From positions 14,262-78,261 of the IMG/VR virus record IMGVR_UViG_3300050821_008578: a stretch of DNA of 64,000 nt; one strand, 5' to 3'. Each line of letters opens with the position of its first letter. Position 1 is the stretch's first letter. Source of the DNA: a virus. The notes under the pieces are model-generated. The model had not been told where the DNA came from, made no database searches, and saw only the letters and a list, made by a program, of their open reading frames with translations. Of the stretch, positions 36,577-46,404 are shown piece after piece. The position numbers and the translations under genes are program-made.

Positions 36577-39500
36577 TCATTTTACCTCCATTTTAATTTC
36601 ACATGTCCATTTTTCATGATCTCTATATACTTGATCAATAGGAAAAGATTTTACTTCTTTTTTATCTAAAATATTCATTTCAAATTTATATGCTTTAGAT
36701 GCTACATTTTGAAAAGTTAGAAAATCTTTTCTTAATGCTTCACCCTCTAAAATAGCATGATTGTCACCAATTCCTTTTACTTTAAATTCAATAGCTGAAC
36801 CCCAAGAACTACCAATAGAAAAATCCATCTTTAAAGGACAAATAATCCATGGATATAGTTCTGCCATTTTCACTTCATATAAGTATTGTAATCTTTTTAT
36901 AATTTGAAATAACTCTCCAGGATAAGTGTCATATTCCAAAGAGTCATGAACACTAGCCACAAATAATGATTTGTATCCATCTTGTCTCAAACCATAAATT
37001 AGATGATTATTAGTAATTTCAATAATATCTGATGCGCTACTTTGAACTGGATAGTTTACTGCACAGTTCCTAGCATGTGCAAGTAATCCCTTATCCTGAG
37101 AGAAGGCTTCGGGGACGGGGATGATTCTACCCATTGGAGTAAGAGCATAACCATCTTTAAGAACCTGTTTATGCTGGCTTGCAATCCACGCTTTTAATGC
37201 TGGTCTCCCATCAAAGAAATATCCTAAAATAGATTCTGCTTCTTCAGATGATACACCTAATTCAGGTGCCATAGAATATGCTGTTTTACCAAAAGCAATA
37301 CCGAAATTAATTGTTTTACCATGACCACGTTGTTCTTTTGTTATTTCATCTACTGAAACTTTTCTTCCTAACTTATAAGAATAAATTAATGCTGCTGTAT
37401 CTACATGTAGATCAATATCTTTAGAATATGCATCAACCATTGATTGTTCTTTAGCAATACTAGCTATAATTCTTAATTCCAACTGAGAAGCATCAGGTGC
37501 TACAAATAACCCACCTTCACTCTTCCATCTACTGGTGAATATTCGTTTAAAATCGCTTTTACTCGGAATGGAATGAAAACCAGATGAAAGACGCCCAGTT
37601 ACTGTGCCTGGGATATAAAAATCAGGTTTATATGATGTACCAATCATATCTTTAGGAATACCATTTAATCTACTATTCAATACTGCAATTTCATTACTTT
37701 TTGACAATGAAGTTAAAAATTTATTTTGTTCAGATCCTTCTTCACACTTTGTTTTTAATAAAAATTCAATTGCATCAGCATTGGCCTGTGGCTTTTTATT
37801 ACCTGATTTACCACCATCAGTCATGAATTGTTTCATAGCTGGGAATGCAAAATATTTATCTCCATAGATAATATCTCTAATTTGATCCCTAGATGTAGCA
37901 GAAAAAGCCTGTTCTTCCATTTCAGCATCAGTCATTTTCTTTCGTTTAGTTTTATTTAATTCAATCAATCCTTGTTTCTTATCATGAATAAATTTCTTTA
38001 CTACAGAAGTAGATCTCATTTCTTGTTTGAACTCTGTTAAGGCATTATCGAATTTATCTTTGATAAATCCATACATCTCCATATCAATTTCAATTCCTTT
38101 TGTTTCTGCTTCAGCAAATGGAATACTAGCTCTAATAATTTCTTCAAGAATATGTTCAGTACCTGGTACCATTCTTTCTTCATCACTTTGATGAACTTTC
38201 ATATTCCAATAAGCATCTAGAGCTGAATATTCACACAGAATACCAGTAGGTATATTTCCAAAATGTCTATCTTTAATAGCAGTAAATTTACTTAGATATC
38301 CTTCACCCATCTTCTCCCAGTCATCAGTAACATTGAATTGTCTTCGAGCACGATCCTTTAATTTAAGACTTGATCTACCACCATCAAGTTGGTGTCCACT
38401 AATTAATGTATCATTTTTAATTTTTATTTTATATAAATTAATACCTAATTCAATTGATTCAAATCCTAAATCAAACTTAAGATTTTGACCAACAAGAGGT
38501 ACTGTTTCTACAATTTCTTTAACTAAAGATTGAATTTTAATTACTTGTGATGGTGATACTGAAAAAGGAATAGTATATTTATCTTTGATAAATTGAAATT
38601 GTTCTTCAAAGTAATTTTCAATAGAATTATCTAAAAAATCTAATTCACATTTAGATTCTTCAATATCAGCGCTATCATTTCCACGTGAATCAATCCAAGT
38701 ATAAATTTCTTCTCTACGTTTAGCCAAATCTTGTGGTGCATGAATATTCATTGCTTCTAAAGCATTAGCTTTATGATAAGTATTATTTATCTCTAATGGG
38801 ATTGAGACACCAATAGGATTATCTTCATGACAAAATGAATACATAATAGACTTACCTCTATATGGAGAAAGAGCCCCTTCGGGATTCTCCTCACCATCTT
38901 TAGGTCTAGTTTCAATATCAAATACTGTATAATCTATTTTCCCAGATTTATATTTAGATAATAGATTTTGAAGATATTCAATTGCTTCATCAGGATTTAA
39001 TGTTTTAACCCTTTTTGAAATATCAATATCATTTTCTTTAAAATTAAGTGCTTTAACAAAAGTTTGTTTAAATCTGGAAAGAAGATTAGGGTTTTTAATA
39101 ACAGCTAATGGACTATAATTAGGAATAACATTAAAAGTCTTATTAAACACTTTTAATTTTTTACCAATTCCTAATTCACTAGTTATACCCTTAGTATTTT
39201 CAATCAATGATTCTAATACTGTATTTCCTAATGTAACAATAGGAATAGATTCATCAAACCCCATCAACTCTTTAAATAGAATTGTTTTACAATTATCAAT
39301 TTCTTCTTTATTTGGTAGACGATAGCCACCATTTTTAGTTATAGGGTCAGCATGAGTATAACATTTTAGAAGAGTAGTATAATAATATATTGTATCAAAA
39401 TTATTAGGTATATCTAATGCTAATTCAATTAGTTTTTCACTATCTTTAGTAAAAAGATTTCCTCGGTCATCTCCAGGAATATCACCTATAATTATTACTG

Positions 39501-39612
39501 TTGGATTTGTAAATCCTGTTTTATTTTTGATAAATGGGTTATCACATGATTTATGTAAACCACATTTATTACAAATTGGGAACATTTCAACCTTTTTTCT
39601 TAGCTTGTTCAT
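36577..39612 (-). CDS. polA: Family A DNA polymerase with N-terminal family-4 UDG-like domain (SPO1-type architecture)
   Basis: N-terminal CxxCxL and 'IIIGDIPG'; exonuclease 'FDIET'; 'TGRLSS', 'DASQLELR', 'R..GKTINFGIAFG' and 'SVHDS'. Confidence 0.95.
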   Translation of the reverse strand: MNKLRKKVEMFPICNKCGLHKSCDNPFIKNKTGFTNPTVIIIGDIPGDDRGNLFTKDSEKLIELALDIPNNFDTIYYYTTLLKCYTHADPITKNGGYRLPNKEEIDNCKTILFKELMGFDESIPIVTLGNTVLESLIENTKGITSELGIGKKLKVFNKTFNVIPNYSPLAVIKNPNLLSRFKQTFVKALNFKENDIDISKRVKTLNPDEAIEYLQNLLSKYKSGKIDYTVFDIETRPKDGEENPEGALSPYRGKSIMYSFCHEDNPIGVSIPLEINNTYHKANALEAMNIHAPQDLAKRREEIYTWIDSRGNDSADIEESKCELDFLDNSIENYFEEQFQFIKDKYTIPFSVSPSQVIKIQSLVKEIVETVPLVGQNLKFDLGFESIELGINLYKIKIKNDTLISGHQLDGGRSSLKLKDRARRQFNVTDDWEKMGEGYLSKFTAIKDRHFGNIPTGILCEYSALDAYWNMKVHQSDEERMVPGTEHILEEIIRASIPFAEAETKGIEIDMEMYGFIKDKFDNALTEFKQEMRSTSVVKKFIHDKKQGLIELNKTKRKKMTDAEMEEQAFSATSRDQIRDIIYGDKYFAFPAMKQFMTDGGKSGNKKPQANADAIEFLLKTKCEEGSEQNKFLTSLSKSNEIAVLNSRLNGIPKDMIGTSYKPDFYIPGTVTGRLSSGFHSIPSKSDFKRIFTSRWKSEGGLFVAPDASQLELRIIASIAKEQSMVDAYSKDIDLHVDTAALIYSYKLGRKVSVDEITKEQRGHGKTINFGIAFGKTAYSMAPELGVSSEEAESILGYFFDGRPALKAWIASQHKQVLKDGYALTPMGRIIPVPEAFSQDKGLLAHARNCAVNYPVQSSASDIIEITNNHLIYGLRQDGYKSLFVASVHDSLEYDTYPGELFQIIKRLQYLYEVKMAELYPWIICPLKMDFSIGSSWGSAIEFKVKGIGDNHAILEGEALRKDFLTFQNVASKAYKFEMNILDKKEVKSFPIDQVYRDHEKWTCEIKMEVK

Positions 39613-39829
39613 GATGCCAATTTGCAGCCATCATGTAAGTAATACCAAGTTGAACTCCCAATCCATCATCATTATCCATTCCTTCACTTTTAAGCTCAAA
39701 TCCTTTATCATAAAGAAGTTTTGCTGCTTCTTCATGTTCTTGTTTAGTAAAATCTCTATGATCAGGATGAAATGTTCTTAGATAATATTTCTTTCCATTC
39801 GATAAAGTTCCAATAGGTTGATCTCTCAT
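39587..39829 (-). CDS. Hypothetical protein
   Basis: GGAGGT SD; first gene after promoter copy 4. Confidence 0.65.
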   Translation of the reverse strand: MRDQPIGTLSNGKKYYLRTFHPDHRDFTKQEHEEAAKLLYDKGFELKSEGMDNDDGLGVQLGITYMMAANWHHEQAKKKG

Positions 39830-39846
39830 TTTCTACCTCCAACTAT

Positions 39847-39882
39847 CTTATCGGAACATTTTTCTAAAACAAAAGGGTTTTA
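39847..39882 (-). promoter_or_regulatory. Conserved phage promoter, copy 4
   Basis: Identical 36-mer. Confidence 0.85.
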
Positions 39883-39899
39883 CAAAAAATAAATTTTAA

Positions 39900-41213
39900 T
39901 TATTCACTTTTTTCTTTAAACATTGCCTTAGCTAAATCTCTAGTTATTGGTATCTTCACATGACTATCACCACGTCTATTATCACTAATATATAAAATAC
40001 CATCAGGTTTATCATCTGCAAAATTAATAGAAGACAGAGACCATGCTCTATGAGCCTTACGAGCTGAATGAGCTAAATGTTCTTTTCTAATTAATTCACC
40101 CTTATTAGGAATTGCCCAACCTTCTCTATTTGGTTGGGCAAAACTTATAATAGGTACTTTAAAATAATCAGCTAATTGTATTAGATCTTTATATATTTCC
40201 CCAGCATCATTATACATATCATCTGTGTTACCACGAATAGGACAAAGACAATCATCATAGTCAACAATTATAAGATCTGGTTTAACACCCATCTTACTCT
40301 TAACTCTAGATATCCATGATCTAATATGTAAAGTATTAGCAGTTCCTTCTGGCCAATATTTAATAAATAGATTTGGTTTATATTTTAAAAATCTTTCAAT
40401 CTTTGATTTATATTCTGGGGTATGAATATTATTAAATTCACTATAAGTCAAACCAGTCAATCTACATGCATATTTAGTAGCTACTGCAATCTCACTAATC
40501 TCTAAAGAGATATGAAATACATTTTTTCCTGTAGCAATATTATATGTACCTATATTACAACCCATAGTCGATTTTCCACATTTTGGTGGAGCCTGAATTA
40601 TATGCAATTCTCCTGGTGCTAATCCACCACCAAATGCTCTATCAAATTTATGCATTCCTGTTTTAATTAATTTATCTTCAGAATATACTTTATCTGAAAC
40701 TTCTTTTAGATTAATAATACTATCAAAATTTAATCCTTCATCTACCCCACATCCTACTGATACTGCTTCATCAATTAATTTTAATCCTTTTTCATAACTG
40801 CCATCAGGATCTTTTTCAAGTATATTAACACATTCTAGAATAGCATTTTTAAATTCTTGTCTACGAGCAAATTTAACAAATGAATCTATTATTGATTGCT
40901 CAGATTTAATATGTAATTTATATATTTCTTTTACTTCTTCAAATAAAAGTTGGGCAATTTCAGAACCATATCCATGAGAAGTAATATATTCTTCAATTTT
41001 AACAAATAATTGATCTCTGTCAACTTCAGCTTCATAAGTTAGAATATATTTATATATGATTTCATATAAAATCTTAAGAGATTTTGTTTCTAAATATTCT
41101 GCTTTAATTAATGAACCATATTCAGTTGCAAATTTGAGATTATTACATAATAATTTCAATATTGTTCTTTGAAACTCAATTGAATATAGATATTCTGATT
41201 TATTTTCTGACAT
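39900..41213 (-). CDS. dnaB: DnaB-like replicative helicase
   Basis: Motifs 'APPKCGKS', 'ISLE', 'IIVDY' and 'AQPNR'. Confidence 0.92.
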   Translation of the reverse strand: MSENKSEYLYSIEFQRTILKLLCNNLKFATEYGSLIKAEYLETKSLKILYEIIYKYILTYEAEVDRDQLFVKIEEYITSHGYGSEIAQLLFEEVKEIYKLHIKSEQSIIDSFVKFARRQEFKNAILECVNILEKDPDGSYEKGLKLIDEAVSVGCGVDEGLNFDSIINLKEVSDKVYSEDKLIKTGMHKFDRAFGGGLAPGELHIIQAPPKCGKSTMGCNIGTYNIATGKNVFHISLEISEIAVATKYACRLTGLTYSEFNNIHTPEYKSKIERFLKYKPNLFIKYWPEGTANTLHIRSWISRVKSKMGVKPDLIIVDYDDCLCPIRGNTDDMYNDAGEIYKDLIQLADYFKVPIISFAQPNREGWAIPNKGELIRKEHLAHSARKAHRAWSLSSINFADDKPDGILYISDNRRGDSHVKIPITRDLAKAMFKEKSE

Positions 41214-42120
41214 TATTTAATTTCTCTGATACAAAGATGAACCATAAACTAATTGTTCTAAATTCTAATTGTTTGAATTTATTAACTACAAAATCAAAAT
41301 CTGGTTTGGATTGTAATTGAGATTCAATATAAGCTGTTTGTACTTCTGTATTGGATATTTTACATCTACTTAGATCCATCAATTCAAGATTTCTTTTAAA
41401 GATATTAAAATTTTCTTTTAATTTAATTAAATTTTTATCTTCTAATTTATCTTTATTTATTAATCCTACAATATCAAAAAATGATGTTTGTTTATCTGGT
41501 AATTGTTTAATAATTTTAGTCGCTGCTACAGGACCAATCCCCTTAATTCCAGAAATATTATCAGAATCATCCCCCATCAAACATTTCCAGAAAATAAACT
41601 GATTAGGACTTACTTCTTTATAATTAGAAAAATTATTAAGAGTATAATACTCATCTTTCATAGCTCTAAATACTTCCATACCATGACTAACCATTTGAAG
41701 ATAATCTTCATCATCTGAAATGACTGTAACTTTATTTCCATTATTAAATATATTTTGACCTAACCTAAAAATAACATCATCTGCTTCTTGTCCTGCCATT
41801 TTAATAGTAGGAATTCCCATTTTAGGTAGTAGTTCTTCTAGAATCTGAAATGCACAATCAAAATATTTACTTGTGTCTTCTTCACCTTCTACTTTTGGTG
41901 ATTTAATTCTCTTTTTATACTCAGGATATAACTCTTCTCTCCATTTTGCCCTACCCCCATCAAATACCACAATAGGTTCTCCAAATTCTAAATATTTATG
42001 TAAAGATTTTAGAAAACCGAATGTGGGTCCAGTAGAAAATCCATCACTATTAGTAAGATGTTTGAGTTTATGTACATTTCTCCATAATAAATAATTACCA
42101 TCTACTATAAAATATTTCAT
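41200..42120 (-). CDS. 5'-3' exonuclease / flap endonuclease
   Basis: Motifs 'IVDGN', 'EADD' and 'GDDSDNISGIKGIGP'. Confidence 0.93.
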   Translation of the reverse strand: MKYFIVDGNYLLWRNVHKLKHLTNSDGFSTGPTFGFLKSLHKYLEFGEPIVVFDGGRAKWREELYPEYKKRIKSPKVEGEEDTSKYFDCAFQILEELLPKMGIPTIKMAGQEADDVIFRLGQNIFNNGNKVTVISDDEDYLQMVSHGMEVFRAMKDEYYTLNNFSNYKEVSPNQFIFWKCLMGDDSDNISGIKGIGPVAATKIIKQLPDKQTSFFDIVGLINKDKLEDKNLIKLKENFNIFKRNLELMDLSRCKISNTEVQTAYIESQLQSKPDFDFVVNKFKQLEFRTISLWFIFVSEKLNNVRK

Positions 42121-42677
42121 ATTAAATCCTTAATTTTATTAATTACCTCTTCTATATTATCTTCAACTTCTTTATTAGTAAATCTTACTATTTTCCATCC
42201 TTGGGAATTCAGAAACTTATCTCTAATTTGATCTTTTTCCTTATCATGCCAATCTGGATGATCAAGTTCAATATTTATATTTGCATCAGGAATAGTAAAA
42301 TCCATTTGATATGGCCAAAATCTTAAATCATTTATAATTAATAAACCACAATTATATAATAATTGATTTGCTTTATGAGTAAAAAATTTCCATTCTATAG
42401 GGCTAAGATTATAATGTTCTTTTTTGAATTTATTTAATCTTTTTAATGAAAATGTTGCTGCTTTAGATTGGTGGTTTGGGTGATTATTAATATAATCACT
42501 TAGAACTTTACCACAAATTTCTTTAGACATATTAGGATTATCTATACGAAGTTTCGCTAATTGATTTCTAGCACTATTTCTTCCAGTATTAGTTTTAGCC
42601 CAATGCCCTTTTATATAAATAGTATCTTTATATATAGAAGTAATTTCTAACCCACATCCACATGTACACAATTTCAT
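42117..42677 (-). CDS. DUF559/Vsr-like endonuclease (homing endonuclease-like)
   Basis: N-terminal 'CxCGCG'; 'DF.....NIELD...H......RD..L...GW..VRF'. Confidence 0.85.
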   Translation of the reverse strand: MKLCTCGCGLEITSIYKDTIYIKGHWAKTNTGRNSARNQLAKLRIDNPNMSKEICGKVLSDYINNHPNHQSKAATFSLKRLNKFKKEHYNLSPIEWKFFTHKANQLLYNCGLLIINDLRFWPYQMDFTIPDANINIELDHPDWHDKEKDQIRDKFLNSQGWKIVRFTNKEVEDNIEEVINKIKDLI

Positions 42678-43185
42678 TCAATTTGTCCTAGTTCTTTAAG
42701 TAACTTTTTATGAGATTGATATATTTGGACTTCTGATTCATCGCAATCACCACAAGATTCATAATAATTCATAGTCTTTTTTAATTCTATAACTATTTTA
42801 TCAAAAGCTGATTTTTCTATAACATTAAGATAATTAATAGATAAAGAATTTTTACATGGTTGATCTGGTAATTTGGAAGCATAAGAAGTATGTGTCATAT
42901 CCAGATAAAACTCTTTTGGTTTCATTATTTTTCCTCTAATTCTTTTAATACTTTTAATGCTAAATTTCTTTGCCAAGTAGTGCTGTCACCATATATTCCC
43001 ACTGGTTTTGATAATTCTTTTAATGCATCTATTGCCTTATTATAAGCAGATTTCTCTACTACAATAAGACCATTTTCTTTACCAACAACCCACTCACCAT
43101 CAGCAATTTGATGACTCTCAAAATGTAAACCATCATCACCAACTTCAATACGTTCCTTTTTTAATTTCCATTCTCTTGGCTTCAT
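42674..43185 (-). CDS. Two paralogous small genes (42674-42925 MKPKEF..., 42925-43185 MKPREW...)
   Basis: Share MKP(K/R)E, 'V(I/V)EKSA(F/Y)' and 'LKEL'. Confidence 0.65.
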
Positions 43186-43316
43186 TTATTTTGATCCTCT
43201 TCAAGTTCTTGTAAAACATTTCTAGCTAAAGTTCCAACTGGAATAAATTCACCACAAACTTCACCTTCTATCATTCCAGGAACATCATTAGTAATTAATC
43301 ATTCTCTTGGTTTCAT
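43182..43316 (-). pseudogene. Third MKPRE paralog, with TGA at the Trp codon
   Basis: MKPRE*LITND...LARNVLQELEEDQNK; TGA at 43299-43301. Confidence 0.65.
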
Positions 43317-43520
43317 TTTGATGATTCCAATACATCAAAATGTTCAGGTTTGAGCCAAATTGTGTGATTATGATCTTCTCCTGCTTTTACCATAATTCTA
43401 AATTGACCTTTAGCAGTATCATCTTCACTGATAATAACACCTTTACATTTTTCATAAAAACTATTTTCTTCAGTCACTATTACTTCTTGTCCATATCTAT
43501 ATTTTTTCATTTTTCCTCCA

Positions 43521-44480
43521 TTACATTATAATAGAATTAGTAGACATATTTAAAGAAGTCCTGGAAATTGATTCAGATTCGGAAAAGAATTTTTGATATC
43601 CATCTTTATAATCAGCAGGATCTTTTAATTTACCATTATCTGTTTGAGTTAATGGTATTTTAATTAAATTAACTTTTATATCAGCTTTCAATAATTTTAT
43701 AATTACCTTATTTTGTTCTTCAGCTGTAGTATCCGCATCTAATGATAAATATACTTCATTTGTCTTATTCTTTAATAAATTAACTTGATAATCAGTGATT
43801 GTTTTACCTAATAGTGCAACTGCTGATACACCAGTAGCTTTGTTAGCAAATATACTACTTACAATACCTTCACAGATAATAACTTTACCATTAACATTAT
43901 TTATGTTATATAGTATAGCTGATTTACTACCTTCAGTATTAATATACCTTGGTTCTTTTCCATTATAGGATCTACCTACTACATAAGTACATTCATTTGA
44001 AATATTAAAGAATGGAAATAATATTCTACCAACCCATTTTCTTACTTCCCTATCTTTAGATTCATCAAAGAAAGGCATACCTACTCTAATATTATATTTT
44101 TCAATATCTTGATCAGTAAATCCACGAAGAAGTAAATATTTATAAGCAAATGGTGTTTCAGATTTAGTAATAGGACAACTAATTTCATCCAAATTAACCA
44201 AATTAACTCTTTTACGAAGAAATATTTTATTTATTTTATTTTTAAGATCATTAAAAGTTGTAGCTGTATTTCCAGATAATAAACTTAATTCTTTTAAATC
44301 TGATAATCTGCCTCTAGATTGACATCTAAGACAGTTATATACCTTTTTCAGAATATTAAAACCTAGATGAAATTTATCATCTACTTTACCTAATTTCTGA
44401 TAACAGAAAGGGCAATTTGTGAAGAATTCTCCTTCACGGTGACCTTTAATAATATTATCTGGAATAATATTAAGATCCAT
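43521..44480 (-). CDS. DNA primase (Zn finger plus TOPRIM)
   Basis: CPFC...CLRC, 'RILFP', 'ICEG' and 'LDAD'. Confidence 0.92.
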   Translation of the reverse strand: MDLNIIPDNIIKGHREGEFFTNCPFCYQKLGKVDDKFHLGFNILKKVYNCLRCQSRGRLSDLKELSLLSGNTATTFNDLKNKINKIFLRKRVNLVNLDEISCPITKSETPFAYKYLLLRGFTDQDIEKYNIRVGMPFFDESKDREVRKWVGRILFPFFNISNECTYVVGRSYNGKEPRYINTEGSKSAILYNINNVNGKVIICEGIVSSIFANKATGVSAVALLGKTITDYQVNLLKNKTNEVYLSLDADTTAEEQNKVIIKLLKADIKVNLIKIPLTQTDNGKLKDPADYKDGYQKFFSESESISRTSLNMSTNSIIM

Positions 44481-44858
44481 TATTTAGTTCTCAAATGATT
44501 AATAGAATATAATGCTCTTTGTGCATATTTCATATATTCATCAACACTTATACGTTCATCAAAATTAGTATTATTATCATAAAAATTAGCAGTAGCTAAT
44601 TGTTTAAGTACTTTTTCTAATTCTGTATTAATACTTTTTTCAATAAGAAGTTCTTCTCTTAGATTTCTTATTTTTTCTGCACTAACTATATGAGTTGTCA
44701 CTACTGTACTTTCAGCAACACATTCAGTTAATCTATCTACTTCTTCTAAAAGGAATTTAATATCATTGGAACTAAATCCACTTCTTAAATTTGACCATAA
44801 TCTTCTACGAAGATCATTTAATTTTTCTTCATTTGTCATTAAATTTTCCCCCTAATTA

Positions 44859-44895
44859 CTTATCGGAATAAAGTTCTAAAAACAAAAGGGTTTTA
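44859..44895 (-). promoter_or_regulatory. Conserved phage promoter, copy 5 (variant, spacer 1 nt longer)
   Basis: cttatcggaataaagttctaaaaacaaaagggtttta on the + strand. Confidence 0.8.
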
Positions 44896-44901
44896 CAAAA
44901 T

Positions 44902-46404
44902 TTATTTTTCATTTTTTAATTTTTGTAATTCCAAGGAATGTGCAATTACAATTTTCCAAAATTCAGTTTCATTTTCTGGTACAACTGGTGAAATCTCAGT
45001 AAATAATTGAATTCGTTTTTTAGAATGGGAGGCTAAAAAAATATGAGATTTATCATAGAAATCAATGATATATACATCATTTCTCCCTAGTTTCTTTTTT
45101 CTTAATGATCTACCTATTTTTTGGAGATTACTGATACGTGATTTTCCTCCACCAGCTTGAATAAGACATTCAACACTAGGTAAATCAAATCCTTCGTTCA
45201 TTACTTGAGACCCAATTACTATTTCCCAAGCATCATTCTCAAATGCAGTTCTAAAATAACTATAATCAATAGGTACTTCTTCAATCACACCAAATTCATC
45301 AAATTGTAAACTAGTCTGACCACCAAATATACATACTACTTTACGATGTTTTAAAGACATCATAATTTCTTTGGCATGATCTAATCTTTGCACCAAAATT
45401 AATACCTTGAATTTTAAATTAGCAAATTTATTAGCATATTGTGTAATATGGTTGTTTCTTATTTTATGTTTTACAATAAAATTATTATATACCACCATCC
45501 AATTTTGTGGGTATTTTAACATCCTACCTGGAATAGTCTTGAAAAATACTACTGGGCGTGAGTTCCTACCAATAGTAACTAAATAAGAAGATGGTAATTC
45601 AAAGCAAATACGTCCTGCTAATCCATATAATAAACAATCTCCTGAATCTTCCCAGATAGTGGTCTCTTTAAAGGCTGATCCAGTATATAATAAGAAATAT
45701 TTAGGGTTGGTACTAAGAGCTATATTCATCCATGAAACAGATCTAGAATGATGAGCTTCATCTTCCATTAATAAATCACAGTTAATAATAAAATCATGTA
45801 AATAATGATCAGTATTTTTAATTACATTAGATATGCTATTTACCACACCAATAATTATTGATTCAGTACCTTTTGGTTTACTATTACCATGCAATACTGC
45901 TATTTTATCTTTAGAAAATTGTCTATCTAATGCTCTATTATAGAATTGATCTGCTAATGCTACATTTGGTACTAATACTACACCTTTAGTAATCTTATTA
46001 GATTCTAGTAAATATTTTATTATTACTAACATTATCTCTGTTTTACCACCACCAGTACCTATTATATTAATTCCACGTTTCCAACTAATAGCTTTTCTAG
46101 CAGCTGCAATTTGGTGTGGTTCTAATTCAATACCAGGTAAATAATCAACTGGAATATCAACTATATCATGTTCAACTATAGTTGGGTTTTCAATTGTAAT
46201 TTGAAATGGAGAAACTAATTGTAATGGTTCAACTAACCCATAAAATATATGTGGTTTAGTTCTAAATTCTTGATTTTCATAAAATAAAAGGGAAGTAGAA
46301 TTTCCATTCTTATCCTCCCATAATAATCTCTTTTCAATGAATTTAATCTCATCAGAAGTATATTCAGTTAAATAGGCAAATTTTCCTTCTAATCGACATT
46401 TCAT
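44902..46404 (-). CDS. SF2 helicase (UvsW-like)
   Basis: Motifs 'GTGGGKT', 'DEAH', 'EGFD' and 'QKIGRSLR'. Confidence 0.92.
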   Translation of the reverse strand: MKCRLEGKFAYLTEYTSDEIKFIEKRLLWEDKNGNSTSLLFYENQEFRTKPHIFYGLVEPLQLVSPFQITIENPTIVEHDIVDIPVDYLPGIELEPHQIAAARKAISWKRGINIIGTGGGKTEIMLVIIKYLLESNKITKGVVLVPNVALADQFYNRALDRQFSKDKIAVLHGNSKPKGTESIIIGVVNSISNVIKNTDHYLHDFIINCDLLMEDEAHHSRSVSWMNIALSTNPKYFLLYTGSAFKETTIWEDSGDCLLYGLAGRICFELPSSYLVTIGRNSRPVVFFKTIPGRMLKYPQNWMVVYNNFIVKHKIRNNHITQYANKFANLKFKVLILVQRLDHAKEIMMSLKHRKVVCIFGGQTSLQFDEFGVIEEVPIDYSYFRTAFENDAWEIVIGSQVMNEGFDLPSVECLIQAGGGKSRISNLQKIGRSLRKKKLGRNDVYIIDFYDKSHIFLASHSKKRIQLFTEISPVVPENETEFWKIVIAHSLELQKLKNEK

